A stretch of DNA of 64,000 nucleotides. Origin: Pseudomonadota bacterium (lineage in GTDB: Bacteria; Pseudomonadota; Alphaproteobacteria; Sphingomonadales; SMXR01). A model generated the notes under the pieces. The model was not told where the DNA came from and did not search any database. It saw only the letters and a list, made by a program, of their open reading frames with translations. Below, one piece after another: positions 37,179-47,518 of this stretch. The DNA lies in assembly GCA_022574255.1 (NCBI GenBank), contig JACZSK010000004.1, forward strand, positions 704 through 64,703, read 5' to 3'. Every line of letters starts with the position of its first letter. The stretch's first letter is position 1. Both the position numbers and the translations under genes were made by a program.

Positions 37179-39926
37179 TTACCCCACCGCACCGATCCGG
37201 TGGCTGATGGCCGAGGAAGCCGCCAGGATGAGTGAGTGTAGCTGTTCCAACGGGTCGAAGATGGCTTCGTGCTCGGCGGCGTAGCCGGTGGCGGCGGCGC
37301 TGGTGTAGGTGGCATCTTCGCCGTAATCGGGCTCGGCGGCGCCCTCTGGACTTGCCGGGAAGATGGCGCGCAATTCCTCAACCGCTTCCGGTATATCGAG
37401 GCGCAGGAGGCTGGTGAGCAGGTCGCCGAGTGAAATATCCAGCCGCGAAGAGAAGCGCGGTACTTCAGTGGTCTTGAGGAACACCAGGTGGATCAGCGCC
37501 AGGCGCATGCTATGCAGCTCGCCCAGCGCCGCGTCGGGGGGTGGCGGCCCCAGGTGATCATCGAGTTTTCCGGCATCATGGCGCAGTTTGCGAACCATTG
37601 AGGAAATTGCCTGGTGATCAAATGCCTGCTCGAGAATCTTCGAGACCCGCCGCAGCTTTTTCCTCTGCGCCAAGCTGTCGGCGCCGTCAGCCAAATCCAG
37701 CCAATAGCCGGGATCGAGCAGGGCGGTATAGGCAACGAATATATGGATATCGGATCGCACCCGCGCCGCCTGAACCAGTGACATGATGCTCTGAAGACGG
37801 TCTGAGCCGTCTCGCATCTCGAGAAAACGCTCGGGGGTTCTGCCGATGGCGGTGCCAATACCGCCAAGCGTGTTGGCCATATAGCCGAGCTGCTGGAGGA
37901 TGGCGTTATGGGGAATGGCGCGGATCTGCGAAATGCTCTCGGCGCGTGGCGCCGCGCTACCCTTTGCCTGGCGCCGGGTCGCCCGCGATCCCGTTGGATA
38001 GAGCAGCTGCGGCGCGAAGGTATCCAGCAGCCCGACATAGCCCGGGTGATGTTCCAGATGGCCCTGGAACTCGGTGAGCGTGAGAAAGAAATCCAGCGAC
38101 CATCCCCGCTCTTCGTAAAAGGGGTCGGGGGCTGGTTCTGGCGTCGCCCTGAGGCGCACGTCAAGAAGGTCGGCAAGGGCCGCCAGCGCCAGGTCGGGGG
38201 TGCGGAAGCGGAGATAGCCGTCGCCGCCCTGAAAACTGACCTCATGCTTGTGCGGGGCGGAAAGCGCGTCCAGATGCCGGCGCACTTCCGGGGAATGGGT
38301 ATAGAGGAACCGGTCTTTCAGCCCCGCCGGGTGGGCGCCGCGACCGACGGATTCTCCGTGAGTGTCGAAAAATACAAGCTGGATGTCGCCGAGATTCTTT
38401 TGTTTCCACATGCGGATCAGCCGCAGCTTGAAGCGTTCGATGGCCAGCGTTGCCGCGGGCTGGCCGATATAGCGCCCTGAATCGGAGAACCCCAGTTGCA
38501 CGCAAAACCGGCCTTGGGCGCGGATGTAGGCCAGGAAATGGGGATTATCCACCAGTTCGCCAATAACCCGGTCGCCGCGCTTCAGCCCCACCGCCGTCTC
38601 GAACAGGGGCGATATCTGCAAATGATCCTCGACGCCGAACAGCCGCGCATAATAGAGCGCGGTCAGAAGCGTGAAAGGCGTATCTGATTCCGCCACCAGC
38701 AGGCGAATCGGCGTGCGCCCGTCAAAGTGTTTCTCGAATTGTGCCGCCAGCATGAACAGCCGCCGCGCCGTGGTTTGCTCCGCGGCCACGGTGCCGTAGT
38801 GGATGTTGACCGGCTTGACGCTTTCCAGCAGCTCGGTGACCGCAGCCAGGTAATGACGGCGCGAGGCGCTCTGGTCGGGGGAACGCTCAAGTTCGATCTC
38901 CGGGCGGATGGCATTGTGCAACTGCACGGCGTTGAGGCGAAAGTGGATATGGCTCAAGCCCAGCCCCAGGCCCTGCCATTCGGCGCGGAGAGCGGCGACG
39001 TCGATCAGCGCCTCGCTCGACATATCCATGGCCATCAAGGCATCGAGAGCGCCATCGATGGCGCGAAGCGCGGCGTCCTTCTCCGGGCGCTTTTCCAGCG
39101 CCAGTCGATTGAGATCGGCCAGACCCTCGCCGCTGTCAATTTCAACAAGCGCGTCCAGCCCCAGCGTGAAATTCGCCCTGAAGCTTTCCAGGCCGGCCCG
39201 CACGATTTTGATTTGCACAGCGGCATCGCCGTCCGCAGAGACCCTGTCCAGGCTTTGTTCGAGCGCCTGCAGCCCGTCGACGGCCAGCAGATAACGAAAC
39301 TCGAGACTTTTCGACCAGCCAATGTCGGTGCGGCCATCGAGATCAAAACCGACCCAGGTGGCGACCGTGGCAAAGGTGGGGACAAGGACGCGCCAGTCTT
39401 CCGGATATAGCGCGGCGGCCACACCAAGGGCGATGCGATTGGCCTTTCGGATAGCCTCTCTTGTCTGCCCGATCGCCTCATTGGCCAGGCGCAATTCCTC
39501 ATCGAGGGTCGGCGAGGTCTTGGGCGGGGCAACCGCTTCAGCGTTCAGGGTTGGTTTTTCCCCGGCAAGAATGGCGCCCGCCGCCCGCCAGCCTTCTTCG
39601 GAAAAGCCGAATGTCGGGTGCGCCGTGAAAACAATACCCGCCAGTTGCCCTTCCAAAAGTTCCCGGAACGCAGCAAAGGGCAACAGCGCTTTACCGTCAT
39701 GGGCAAGGCCTTCGATCAACTTCTTGATGCGGGCGCGGTTTTTCTTCTGATCCAGTTCCGAGACCTGCGCGGCAACCGCCTGAAGCCGCCTCTCGAAGGC
39801 CTCGGTGGCGAGGTCGGTGATCTGCTTGCCGACGGCCGCCAGATCGGTCCCGCCGGACTCTACCCGGCAGGCCAGGTCCCAGGCACCGGCAGGGGTAACG
39901 TCGTCGTTTCTGACAATTCGGTCCAT
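37179..39926 (-). CDS. ppc: Phosphoenolpyruvate carboxylase (divergent type)
   Basis: VFTAHPT, WVGFDLDGR, PLFET, LGFSDSGR, GESVGRG, FQGG, IRAIP; start uncertain (39926 or 39974). Confidence 0.8.
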   Translation of the reverse strand: MDRIVRNDDVTPAGAWDLACRVESGGTDLAAVGKQITDLATEAFERRLQAVAAQVSELDQKKNRARIKKLIEGLAHDGKALLPFAAFRELLEGQLAGIVFTAHPTFGFSEEGWRAAGAILAGEKPTLNAEAVAPPKTSPTLDEELRLANEAIGQTREAIRKANRIALGVAAALYPEDWRVLVPTFATVATWVGFDLDGRTDIGWSKSLEFRYLLAVDGLQALEQSLDRVSADGDAAVQIKIVRAGLESFRANFTLGLDALVEIDSGEGLADLNRLALEKRPEKDAALRAIDGALDALMAMDMSSEALIDVAALRAEWQGLGLGLSHIHFRLNAVQLHNAIRPEIELERSPDQSASRRHYLAAVTELLESVKPVNIHYGTVAAEQTTARRLFMLAAQFEKHFDGRTPIRLLVAESDTPFTLLTALYYARLFGVEDHLQISPLFETAVGLKRGDRVIGELVDNPHFLAYIRAQGRFCVQLGFSDSGRYIGQPAATLAIERFKLRLIRMWKQKNLGDIQLVFFDTHGESVGRGAHPAGLKDRFLYTHSPEVRRHLDALSAPHKHEVSFQGGDGYLRFRTPDLALAALADLLDVRLRATPEPAPDPFYEERGWSLDFFLTLTEFQGHLEHHPGYVGLLDTFAPQLLYPTGSRATRRQAKGSAAPRAESISQIRAIPHNAILQQLGYMANTLGGIGTAIGRTPERFLEMRDGSDRLQSIMSLVQAARVRSDIHIFVAYTALLDPGYWLDLADGADSLAQRKKLRRVSKILEQAFDHQAISSMVRKLRHDAGKLDDHLGPPPPDAALGELHSMRLALIHLVFLKTTEVPRFSSRLDISLGDLLTSLLRLDIPEAVEELRAIFPASPEGAAEPDYGEDATYTSAAATGYAAEHEAIFDPLEQLHSLILAASSAISHRIGAVG

Positions 39927-40220
39927 GATACCTGTATATCGCAAGGGCCCAACCCCAGCCACAGGTATGAGCAATAATATGGAGGATTATGGGCACCGGC
40001 CCTATGAGGCGCGCTGATGGCGCGGTACAGCAAAACTCATCAGAGAAGCTATCCGGAAACCCACAGAATCCCGGCATGGGTTTCTGACGACCGCGAAGGT
40101 ACAGCGGATAGCTGGTTACTGTACCCTTGGCCAAGCAGCGGAAAATGCTCGGTTTCGCTGGCTAAAACCCGCGTCACGCACGAAATTGTATCTCACGGAT
40201 TGGCTGTGGAAAAGGGCCGC

Positions 40221-40577
40221 CAGAGACGTTTGCCGGATTGGCGCTATTTAGGCCCTGAATCAGCGTCTCTGGGGCGCTGGACATGCTGGGGACAGGGGCT
40301 AACCCACTATAAACACCGCGCTATCCGTGCCGCGCCAATTGGCCGCAGTTTCGCTGGGATTTGAGTGGTGGTGGTCGCAGTCTCCAGCGAACCGGTCTCC
40401 GGGTGATTTCCATGCTCTTACGGGAATTTGCAGGGTAATTTCTCTTTTTTTGGCGTTTTGGCCGGCTTCACCCCTCTGTGAGCCGCGGAAACACTGGCCT
40501 TTTGCACGAAATTCCCTGCTCGAATTAACAGGGAATTAAATCGGCGGAACAGGGAAAGTGGCAAATTATCAGGCAAC
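40221..40577 (+). repeat. Junction element copy 3 (long form)
   Basis: TGGTGGTGGTCGCAGTCTCCAGCGAACCGGTCTC at 40366; CAGGGAA at 40529 and 40550, CAGGCAA at 40570; CAGAGACG/CGTCTCTG inverted repeat upstream. Confidence 0.85.
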
Positions 40578-40644
40578 AGCGATACGGGCTGTTCCATCCT
40601 TTGCCGATCATTGCAATAGCGCCCCCACAGCGGCCTGCGGAAAC

Positions 40645-40661
40645 TGTGACGAATGGTCACA
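40645..40661. promoter_or_regulatory. Palindrome TGTGAC-N5-GTCACA upstream of the nar operon (RegA/PrrA-like candidate)
   Basis: Perfect 6-5-6 inverted repeat about 200 bp before the first gene. Confidence 0.4.
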
Positions 40662-40858
40662 TTCAAAGGCGTCAACCGAGCTTGCTAACGTTCCCAGAAC
40701 GGCTCTCCAAACGAGAGATCGGGGCGCATCCCAGGCATTTGGCCGGGCATGCGGGGCATGCGGAAGAATTCCGGATAGCGCTTTTTATAAGTGGATATAC
40801 GAACAGCCGACGAACCCCCCGCATGAAGGTGCCGCCGGCGTAAAACGGAGGATATCGC

Positions 40859-41485
40859 ATGTCGGGAACAAATGGCGGCTTAACCGGGCGGGATAAGCGG
40901 AATTCTCCAGGCCCTTCGGGCAAGCCCGCGCCAGAGAGGATTTCCCTGACCCCGCTGCAAGCTGAACTGATCGAGGACGGGATAGACCCCGACCCCGATC
41001 TTCTGAACGGGGACCTGGCACGGGCCGATGTTGCCCCCGGGGCGGGCTATGGGGTGGATGGTCCGGAGCCGCTGCGCGGCCCCACATTCGCCGCCGACGC
41101 GCCGCTGCCGAGGGTCTTTCAGTGGGACATCGACCCCCAGGATGCATCAGCCAAATCCGGCACCGCGAATATCGATCTCGATGGCTGGGAGTTTCATATC
41201 TGGTGGCAACTGCACCCCGCTGACCTGATCTATGTCTCGATCCAGGCGATGCGGGAGGACCAGATCACTCATTCGGGGGACGCCCGTCCCCATCCGGTTG
41301 GCAGATCGGAAGCGGTGAATCTGGTCTACGACGCCAGGCGCGACGGCGTTGTCGCCATCTACGGCACCGTCAAGGATTTCAGGCCCTTCGTCGTGGCCTT
41401 CCACAAGGGATTTCACAGATCGTCAGAACGACAGGGGAACACCGGCCCTGCCGGGCCGACCGATGTTTCGAAAGGGGAAAGCTGA
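40859..41485 (+). CDS. Hypothetical protein coupled to narG
   Basis: GGAGG RBS; TGATG stop/start overlap with narG. Confidence 0.65.
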   Translation: MSGTNGGLTGRDKRNSPGPSGKPAPERISLTPLQAELIEDGIDPDPDLLNGDLARADVAPGAGYGVDGPEPLRGPTFAADAPLPRVFQWDIDPQDASAKSGTANIDLDGWEFHIWWQLHPADLIYVSIQAMREDQITHSGDARPHPVGRSEAVNLVYDARRDGVVAIYGTVKDFRPFVVAFHKGFHRSSERQGNTGPAGPTDVSKGES

Positions 41486-44400
41486 TGCCTGAAGGAAATG
41501 GCAAGAGCAATGGATCGCGCTGGTTCCGGGTCATGGACGAAAGCCGTGACTGGGAAAAATTTTACCGCGACCGGTGGTCCTACGACAAATCGGTGCGCAC
41601 CAGCCACAGCGTCAACTGCTCGGGCTCCTGCTCTTGGGAAGTTTTTGTCAAGGACGGGTTGATTACCTGGGAACTGCAGAAAACCGACTGGCCGCAAATC
41701 CGTTCGGATACGCCGAACTATGAACCCCGCGGTTGTCAGCGCGGCATCTCATCCTCCTGGTACCCGTACAGCCCGGTGCGACCGAAATATCCCTATGTGC
41801 GCGGCGTGCTGCTGGACTTTTACCGGGCGGAACGCGAAGCCGGGAAGAACCCGGTAGAGGCCTGGGGCGCAATCGTTGAAGACGAAGAGCGGAAAAAGGC
41901 CTATCGGAACGCCCGCGGCAAGGCGGGCTGGCGGCGCGTTAAATGGGACGAGGCCACCGAAATCATTGCCGCGGCCAAAATCTACACAATCAAGAAATTC
42001 GGCCCCGACCACATCGCCACCTTCTCGCCTATACCGGCCATGAGCATCGTCAGCTTTATCTCGGGCCACCGGCTGAACAACCTGCTGGGCGGCACCATGC
42101 TGAGTTTCTACGAGTGGTACCACGACCTGCCCCACATCATGCCGATGATGTGGGGGGACCAGACAGACGTCCATGAATCCGCCGACTGGTATCAAAGCAC
42201 CTACTGGATCGTGCTTGGCTCCAATCTGCCGATGACGCGAACACCGGACGCCCATTTCGCCTCCGAGCACAAATACAACGGCGGCAAGATCGTCAACATG
42301 TCTCCGGATTATGCCGATATCACCAAGTTCGCCGACCTCTGGGTGCCGGCGCGTCCGGGCACCGACGCGGCATTCCTGCTGGCCTGCATCCATGTAATTT
42401 TGCAGGAAACCCACGTCAACCGCGCGGTGCCCTATTTCCGCGATTATGTCAAGAAATACACCAACCTGCCCTTCCTGGTCAGGCTGGACGAAAACGACGA
42501 CGGCAGCTTCGCCTGCGGCCGCTTCCTGAGGGCCAGCGACATCGCTGGTTACGCCGACGAGGAAAATGCCGACTGGAAGTTCCCGATATTTGATTCCGGC
42601 GGCGAACTCAGGCTGCCGGGCGGATCGGTCGGCCACCGGTGGGAGAAGGAACACCAGGGCCGCTGGAACCTGAAATCAGAAGACACCATCACCGGCGCTG
42701 AGTTCGACCCGCTGCTGAGCAGCATGGAGGGAGAATATGAAGAGGCGCAGGTTCAGTTCGCCAACTTCACCGACACATACAATCTCGAGCTGGGAACCAC
42801 CGAAGGCAAAGGTGTGCCGGCGGTCGGTTTTCTGCGCGGCGTGCCCAGCCGGATGGTTGAAACCGCCAGCGGCGAAAAGGTTCGGGTCGCCACCGCCTAT
42901 GACATTCTGCTGTCTCATTTTGGCATCGACCGCGGCCTCTCGGGCGACTATCCGGCGGATTATGACGATGCCAGCGGTCCCTTCACTCCCGCCTGGCAGG
43001 AGCAGGAAACCGGCGTTGACCGCAAACTGGTTCTCCGGGTGGCGCGCGAATGGGCCGACGCGGCGGAAAAAACCAAGGGCAAATGCCTTTTCATTACCGG
43101 CTCCGGCTGCCTCCATTGGTACCACGGCGGTTCTCTGATTTACCGGGCACAGGCGGTGATGGGCATCCTGACCGGTTGCATGGGCGTCAACGGCGGTGGT
43201 TTCGCGCATTACGTGGGCACCGAAAAAATTCGTCCCTTCGCGGCGACCGGCACGCTTGGCGGCGCCACTGACTGGACCGCCCCGCCGCGGCATATGAACA
43301 GCACGTCCTATTTCTATTTCCATACCGATCAATGGCGCTATGACGGCATGATCCTGGATTCCCTGTGGACCCCATGGGCCAAGGAGTTCCCCAAGAAGGG
43401 CAACCATGCTGCCGATCTGAACAGTCTGGCGGTTCGCTTGGGCTGGCTGCCGTTCTACCCGCAGGTGGACAAGAAAAATCCCCTCGACCTGGCCAAGGAG
43501 GCGCGGGCCGCCGGGGCAAAAACCGATGAAGAGGTCGGGAAGTGGGTCGCCGGCAAGTTCAAGGACAAGAGCCTGGACTTTGCCCTGAGCGATGTGGACG
43601 CACCCGAAAACCACCCCAAGGTGCTGTCCATTTACCGCGGCAACCTCATTGGCACCAGCATGCGCGGGCATGAATATGCGCTCAAGCATTTCCTCGGCAC
43701 CCATAACAATGTGCTGGGAAAAGACCGGGCAGACGGCCTGGTGAATGAGGTCAAATGGCACGAACAGGCGCCGATCGGAAAACTCGATCTTATTTACAAC
43801 GTCAACCTGCGGATGGACTCGTCGGCCAATTATTCCGACATCGTTCTGCCCACCGCCCACTGGTATGAGAAATACGATCTCACCTGCACCGATCTGCACT
43901 CGTTCTTCCATCCCTTTACTCCAGCCCACGATCCGTCGTGGGAATCGAAACCCGACTGGGATGTCTTCAAATTGATTGCGGAAAAGATCAGCCTGATGGC
44001 GGCAGATCATTTCGACGGGCCGGTCGAGGACCTGGTGATGACGCCGATGATCACCGACAGCCCCGACGAGATGGCCCAGCCGATGGGTGAATTGCGCGAC
44101 TGGAAGAGCGGTGACGTCGAGCCGATCCCCGGCAAGACCTTCCCCAAGGTCATGATAGTCGAACGCGACTATACGAAAATTCTCGAAAAATACACCACCC
44201 TGGGACCACGGATATGCAAGCCGGAGGGCTATGGCGCCAAGGGCATCATGGCCGATATGAGCGAGCAATATGAGCAGCTCAAGGAAAGCTATCTGGTGGG
44301 CGAAAAACACGGCCGTCCGTCCCTGGAGACCGCGCAGCAAGTGGCCGAAGTGGTGCTGCGGCTGTCGCCGGAAAGCGACGGCGAGGTGTCGCACAAGTTC

Positions 44401-45255
44401 TTCGAGGTCCTGGAGAAACAGACCGGGCTCGAGCTCACTCATTTGATCGACGGGGAAAGGGAAGTTGCCCACCATTTCCCCGACCTGATCTCGCAGCCAA
44501 GGCGCTCCATGACTTCAGCGCATTGGTCGGCGATCGAGAGCCCGGGACGAACCTATTGTCCCTGGACCATGAACATCGAAACATTGAAGCCCTGGCACAC
44601 CCTGACGGGGCGCCAGGAAATTTACTTCGATCACCGCATCTACCGCGAGCTGGGCGAGAATCTTCCCACCTACAAGCCGCCGGTGGACATGGTCCAGATT
44701 GGCGATGTCTCGGTCAAGGATGCGCCCGCGAACTCCAAGATATTCCGCTACATCACCCCGCACGGAAAGTGGTCCATCCACAGCATGTTCTGGGACAGCT
44801 GGCACATGCTGAACATGTTCCGCGGCGGCCAGGTGGTGTGGATCAACGACGAAGACGCCAAGGAGATTTTCGTCGAGGACAACGACTGGGTCGAAATCTT
44901 CAACGAAAACGGCATTGCGGTGGTCCGTGCCGTGATAAGCCACACCGTTCCCCGCGATATGGCGATCTTCTACCACGCTTCCGAACGGCACATTAACGTG
45001 CCCTTCTCGTCGCTGGCCCGCGAACGCAAGGTCAGCGATTTGAGGGGCGGCAACAATAATGCGACCACCCGGATCATGATGAACCCGGCCACCATGGTCG
45101 GCGGCTACGCCAACTGGACCTATTTCCTGAATTACTGGGGGACCAGCCCGTCAGAGCGCGATTGCGCCGTGCTGATACGAAAGAAGCCCCTGGAGGCCGA
45201 CGGCCGCAAGGTGATTTATCAGGAAAAAGACCTGCCTGCGGAAGAAAGGGTCTAG
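41485..45255 (+). CDS. narG: Respiratory nitrate reductase alpha subunit (divergent Mo-bisPGD enzyme)
   Basis: WEKFYRDRW, FS0 motif HSVNCSGSC...EPRGC, FSPIPAMS, WYHDLP, GDQTDVHES, TPHGKWSIHS; no Tat signal. Confidence 0.85.
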   Translation: MPEGNGKSNGSRWFRVMDESRDWEKFYRDRWSYDKSVRTSHSVNCSGSCSWEVFVKDGLITWELQKTDWPQIRSDTPNYEPRGCQRGISSSWYPYSPVRPKYPYVRGVLLDFYRAEREAGKNPVEAWGAIVEDEERKKAYRNARGKAGWRRVKWDEATEIIAAAKIYTIKKFGPDHIATFSPIPAMSIVSFISGHRLNNLLGGTMLSFYEWYHDLPHIMPMMWGDQTDVHESADWYQSTYWIVLGSNLPMTRTPDAHFASEHKYNGGKIVNMSPDYADITKFADLWVPARPGTDAAFLLACIHVILQETHVNRAVPYFRDYVKKYTNLPFLVRLDENDDGSFACGRFLRASDIAGYADEENADWKFPIFDSGGELRLPGGSVGHRWEKEHQGRWNLKSEDTITGAEFDPLLSSMEGEYEEAQVQFANFTDTYNLELGTTEGKGVPAVGFLRGVPSRMVETASGEKVRVATAYDILLSHFGIDRGLSGDYPADYDDASGPFTPAWQEQETGVDRKLVLRVAREWADAAEKTKGKCLFITGSGCLHWYHGGSLIYRAQAVMGILTGCMGVNGGGFAHYVGTEKIRPFAATGTLGGATDWTAPPRHMNSTSYFYFHTDQWRYDGMILDSLWTPWAKEFPKKGNHAADLNSLAVRLGWLPFYPQVDKKNPLDLAKEARAAGAKTDEEVGKWVAGKFKDKSLDFALSDVDAPENHPKVLSIYRGNLIGTSMRGHEYALKHFLGTHNNVLGKDRADGLVNEVKWHEQAPIGKLDLIYNVNLRMDSSANYSDIVLPTAHWYEKYDLTCTDLHSFFHPFTPAHDPSWESKPDWDVFKLIAEKISLMAADHFDGPVEDLVMTPMITDSPDEMAQPMGELRDWKSGDVEPIPGKTFPKVMIVERDYTKILEKYTTLGPRICKPEGYGAKGIMADMSEQYEQLKESYLVGEKHGRPSLETAQQVAEVVLRLSPESDGEVSHKFFEVLEKQTGLELTHLIDGEREVAHHFPDLISQPRRSMTSAHWSAIESPGRTYCPWTMNIETLKPWHTLTGRQEIYFDHRIYRELGENLPTYKPPVDMVQIGDVSVKDAPANSKIFRYITPHGKWSIHSMFWDSWHMLNMFRGGQVVWINDEDAKEIFVEDNDWVEIFNENGIAVVRAVISHTVPRDMAIFYHASERHINVPFSSLARERKVSDLRGGNNNATTRIMMNPATMVGGYANWTYFLNYWGTSPSERDCAVLIRKKPLEADGRKVIYQEKDLPAEERV

Positions 45256-45257
45256 CC

Positions 45258-46805
45258 ATGCAAATCAAACAGCAGATAGGCGTCGTATTCAATCTCGACA
45301 AATGCCTGGGGTGCAACACCTGCACGCTGGCTTGCAAGAACATATGGACCAATCGCGAGGGCGCCGAATACATGTTCTGGAACAACGTCGAGACCAAGCC
45401 CGGGATCGGCTATCCCAAGGAATGGGAAAACCAGGACAAGTACCGTGGCGGCTGGCAGCGGCGCGAGGGCAAGGGGGCGCCGAGCCTGCGCGTCTCGTCG
45501 CGGTTCAAGGAGATGATGAACCTCTTCTACAATCCGGTGATGCCGCAGATGGAGGATTATTACGGCAAGGGTCCGTTCACCTTCACTTACGAGGACTTGC
45601 ACTCGGAGGAGCCGACCAAATACTCACAGCCCGTGGCGCGGCCCAAATCGATGATCACCGGCGAGGAAGATATCGCCATCGAGTACGGGGTGAACTGGGA
45701 AGACAACGCCGCCGGCACCCACGAAGAGGGGACCGGGAGCAGGGACTATAATTTCACCGACATGACGCCGGAGGCGAGGAGGGTCTATCTCAAGTTCCGC
45801 GACAGTTTCATGCTGTATCTGCCGCGCATCTGCAACCATTGCCTCAATCCGGCCTGCGTTGGCGCCTGTCCGTCGGGCGCCGCCTATAAACGCGAAGAGG
45901 ACGGCATCGTGCTGATCGACCAGGACCGTTGCCGGGCCTGGCGCTACTGCATCTCGGGCTGTCCCTACAAGAAGACCTATTACAACTGGCGCACCGGCAA
46001 GATGGAGAAATGCCTGCTCTGCTACCCGCGGATCGAAGTTGGCAAGCCGCCTGCCTGTTTCCAGGCCTGCCCGGGGCGCATCCGCTATATGGGACCGCTG
46101 CTCTACGATCTGGACCGGGTGGCGGAGACCGCCAATGCGCCGGACGACGAGCTGGTCGAACGGCACCGCGACATCATTCTCGATCCCTTCGACCCGGAGG
46201 TCATCGAAACCGCCCGCAAGCAGGGCATCAGCGACGCCTGGCTGGAAGCCTGCAAACGCTCGCCGGTCTACAGGATGGTCAAGGAATGGGAGATCGCACT
46301 GCCCCTCCATCCCGAATTCCGGACCCTGCCCAGCCTCTTTTATATTCCACCAGAAAGCCCGGTGAGCACGGCGCTTGAAGATGAAAACGGGCTTTACAAT
46401 ATGACCGACGGCGAAAACGTATTGCCCAGCCTTGGTGAGTTCAGAATCCCGATTCAGTATCTCGCAAGATTGCTGGCGGCGGGTAACGAAGAGCAGGTTG
46501 AAAAGGCGCTTCTGCGGCAGCTTGCCGTGCGCAGGTTCAGGCGTTCCGAGCGCGTCGAGGGCAAGGCGGATGAGGCCGTCCTGAAGGAAGTCGGGCTGAG
46601 CGTTGAAGACGCCCGGGCCATGCATCGCCTGCTCGCTCTGGCTCACTACCATGAACGATTTGTGGTGGTGCCCACGCGGCGCGAAAAAACCGCCAGTGCG
46701 CCTTACATCGAACGCGGATATGCGGGCTTCAAGGAAATGACGCCGACATCATCGCCGAAGCGGCGGCGCTTTTTCCACGGGCAAAAGCCCGGTGTCGGCA
46801 GCTAG
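45258..46805 (+). CDS. narH: Nitrate reductase beta (Fe-S) subunit
   Basis: NLDKCLGCNTCTLACK, NNVETKPG, CNHCLNPACVGACPSGA, CRAWRYCISGCPYKK, KCLLCYPR. Confidence 0.92.
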   Translation: MQIKQQIGVVFNLDKCLGCNTCTLACKNIWTNREGAEYMFWNNVETKPGIGYPKEWENQDKYRGGWQRREGKGAPSLRVSSRFKEMMNLFYNPVMPQMEDYYGKGPFTFTYEDLHSEEPTKYSQPVARPKSMITGEEDIAIEYGVNWEDNAAGTHEEGTGSRDYNFTDMTPEARRVYLKFRDSFMLYLPRICNHCLNPACVGACPSGAAYKREEDGIVLIDQDRCRAWRYCISGCPYKKTYYNWRTGKMEKCLLCYPRIEVGKPPACFQACPGRIRYMGPLLYDLDRVAETANAPDDELVERHRDIILDPFDPEVIETARKQGISDAWLEACKRSPVYRMVKEWEIALPLHPEFRTLPSLFYIPPESPVSTALEDENGLYNMTDGENVLPSLGEFRIPIQYLARLLAAGNEEQVEKALLRQLAVRRFRRSERVEGKADEAVLKEVGLSVEDARAMHRLLALAHYHERFVVVPTRREKTASAPYIERGYAGFKEMTPTSSPKRRRFFHGQKPGVGS

Positions 46806-46816
46806 GGGGCGATTGT

Positions 46817-47518
46817 ATGGCCTTTGATAACAAAAACGTGAGCTTGGCGCGGCTGTCGGCCAACTACCGGCTGATTGCCGAGTTGCTTCTCTACCCGGAA
46901 GAACGGGATGAGCACCTGATTGCGGAGGGGTTGAAAGGGCTCAAGACGGCGCCAAAGCCGTTGCGCAAGCTCATAAAATCCTTTATTCGCCAGCCCGCGT
47001 CCCATTCAGCCGAGGAATATGTCGCCACCCTGGAGCTGTCACCACCATGTCCCCTCTACATGGGCTCCTATCTATTCGATGAGCCGAAGTCCTGCCGCGG
47101 AGCGGGCATGTCGGGCCGCAACAGCTACATGATGGAGCTGGCGAATATCTACCGGCATTTCGGGTTCGAGCTGAACGGCGGCGAGCTTTCCGACTTTCTG
47201 CCGGTGATGGTGGAATTTCTGGCGATCAGCCTTGAGCGGCAAGACATGGATCAGATCGGGCTCAGGCGTTCCTTCATTGAACGCTACCTGCTCGTTGGTC
47301 TGGACCCGCTTGGCGAAGCCCTGAGCAAATATGAAAGCCCCTACGGGCTCCTCGTTGAAGCGCTCGGCGAATTGCTGGCCGAAGACGCAGCACAGGCCGG
47401 AGACGCGCCAGCCTGGACGCCGCCGGTCGGCGAACCCGAATGCGCGGCCACCTGCCGGATCAGACTGGAAGCGGCGTTTCCCGCCGCTGGCGAACCCGCA
47501 GTCGAGGTGGAGCCATGA
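46817..47518 (+). CDS. narJ: Nitrate reductase assembly chaperone
   Basis: LLLYP, EYVATLE, LYM, ELSDFLPVMVEFLA, ESPY; position between narH and narI. Confidence 0.85.
   Translation: MAFDNKNVSLARLSANYRLIAELLLYPEERDEHLIAEGLKGLKTAPKPLRKLIKSFIRQPASHSAEEYVATLELSPPCPLYMGSYLFDEPKSCRGAGMSGRNSYMMELANIYRHFGFELNGGELSDFLPVMVEFLAISLERQDMDQIGLRRSFIERYLLVGLDPLGEALSKYESPYGLLVEALGELLAEDAAQAGDAPAWTPPVGEPECAATCRIRLEAAFPAAGEPAVEVEP

Noticed and set aside
42676-44475. 599-aa antisense ORF inside narG (and similar ones at 775-1770, 18942-19967, 33933-34964, 50720-51922)
   Set aside because: Typical shadow ORFs of high-GC coding strands; no recognisable motifs
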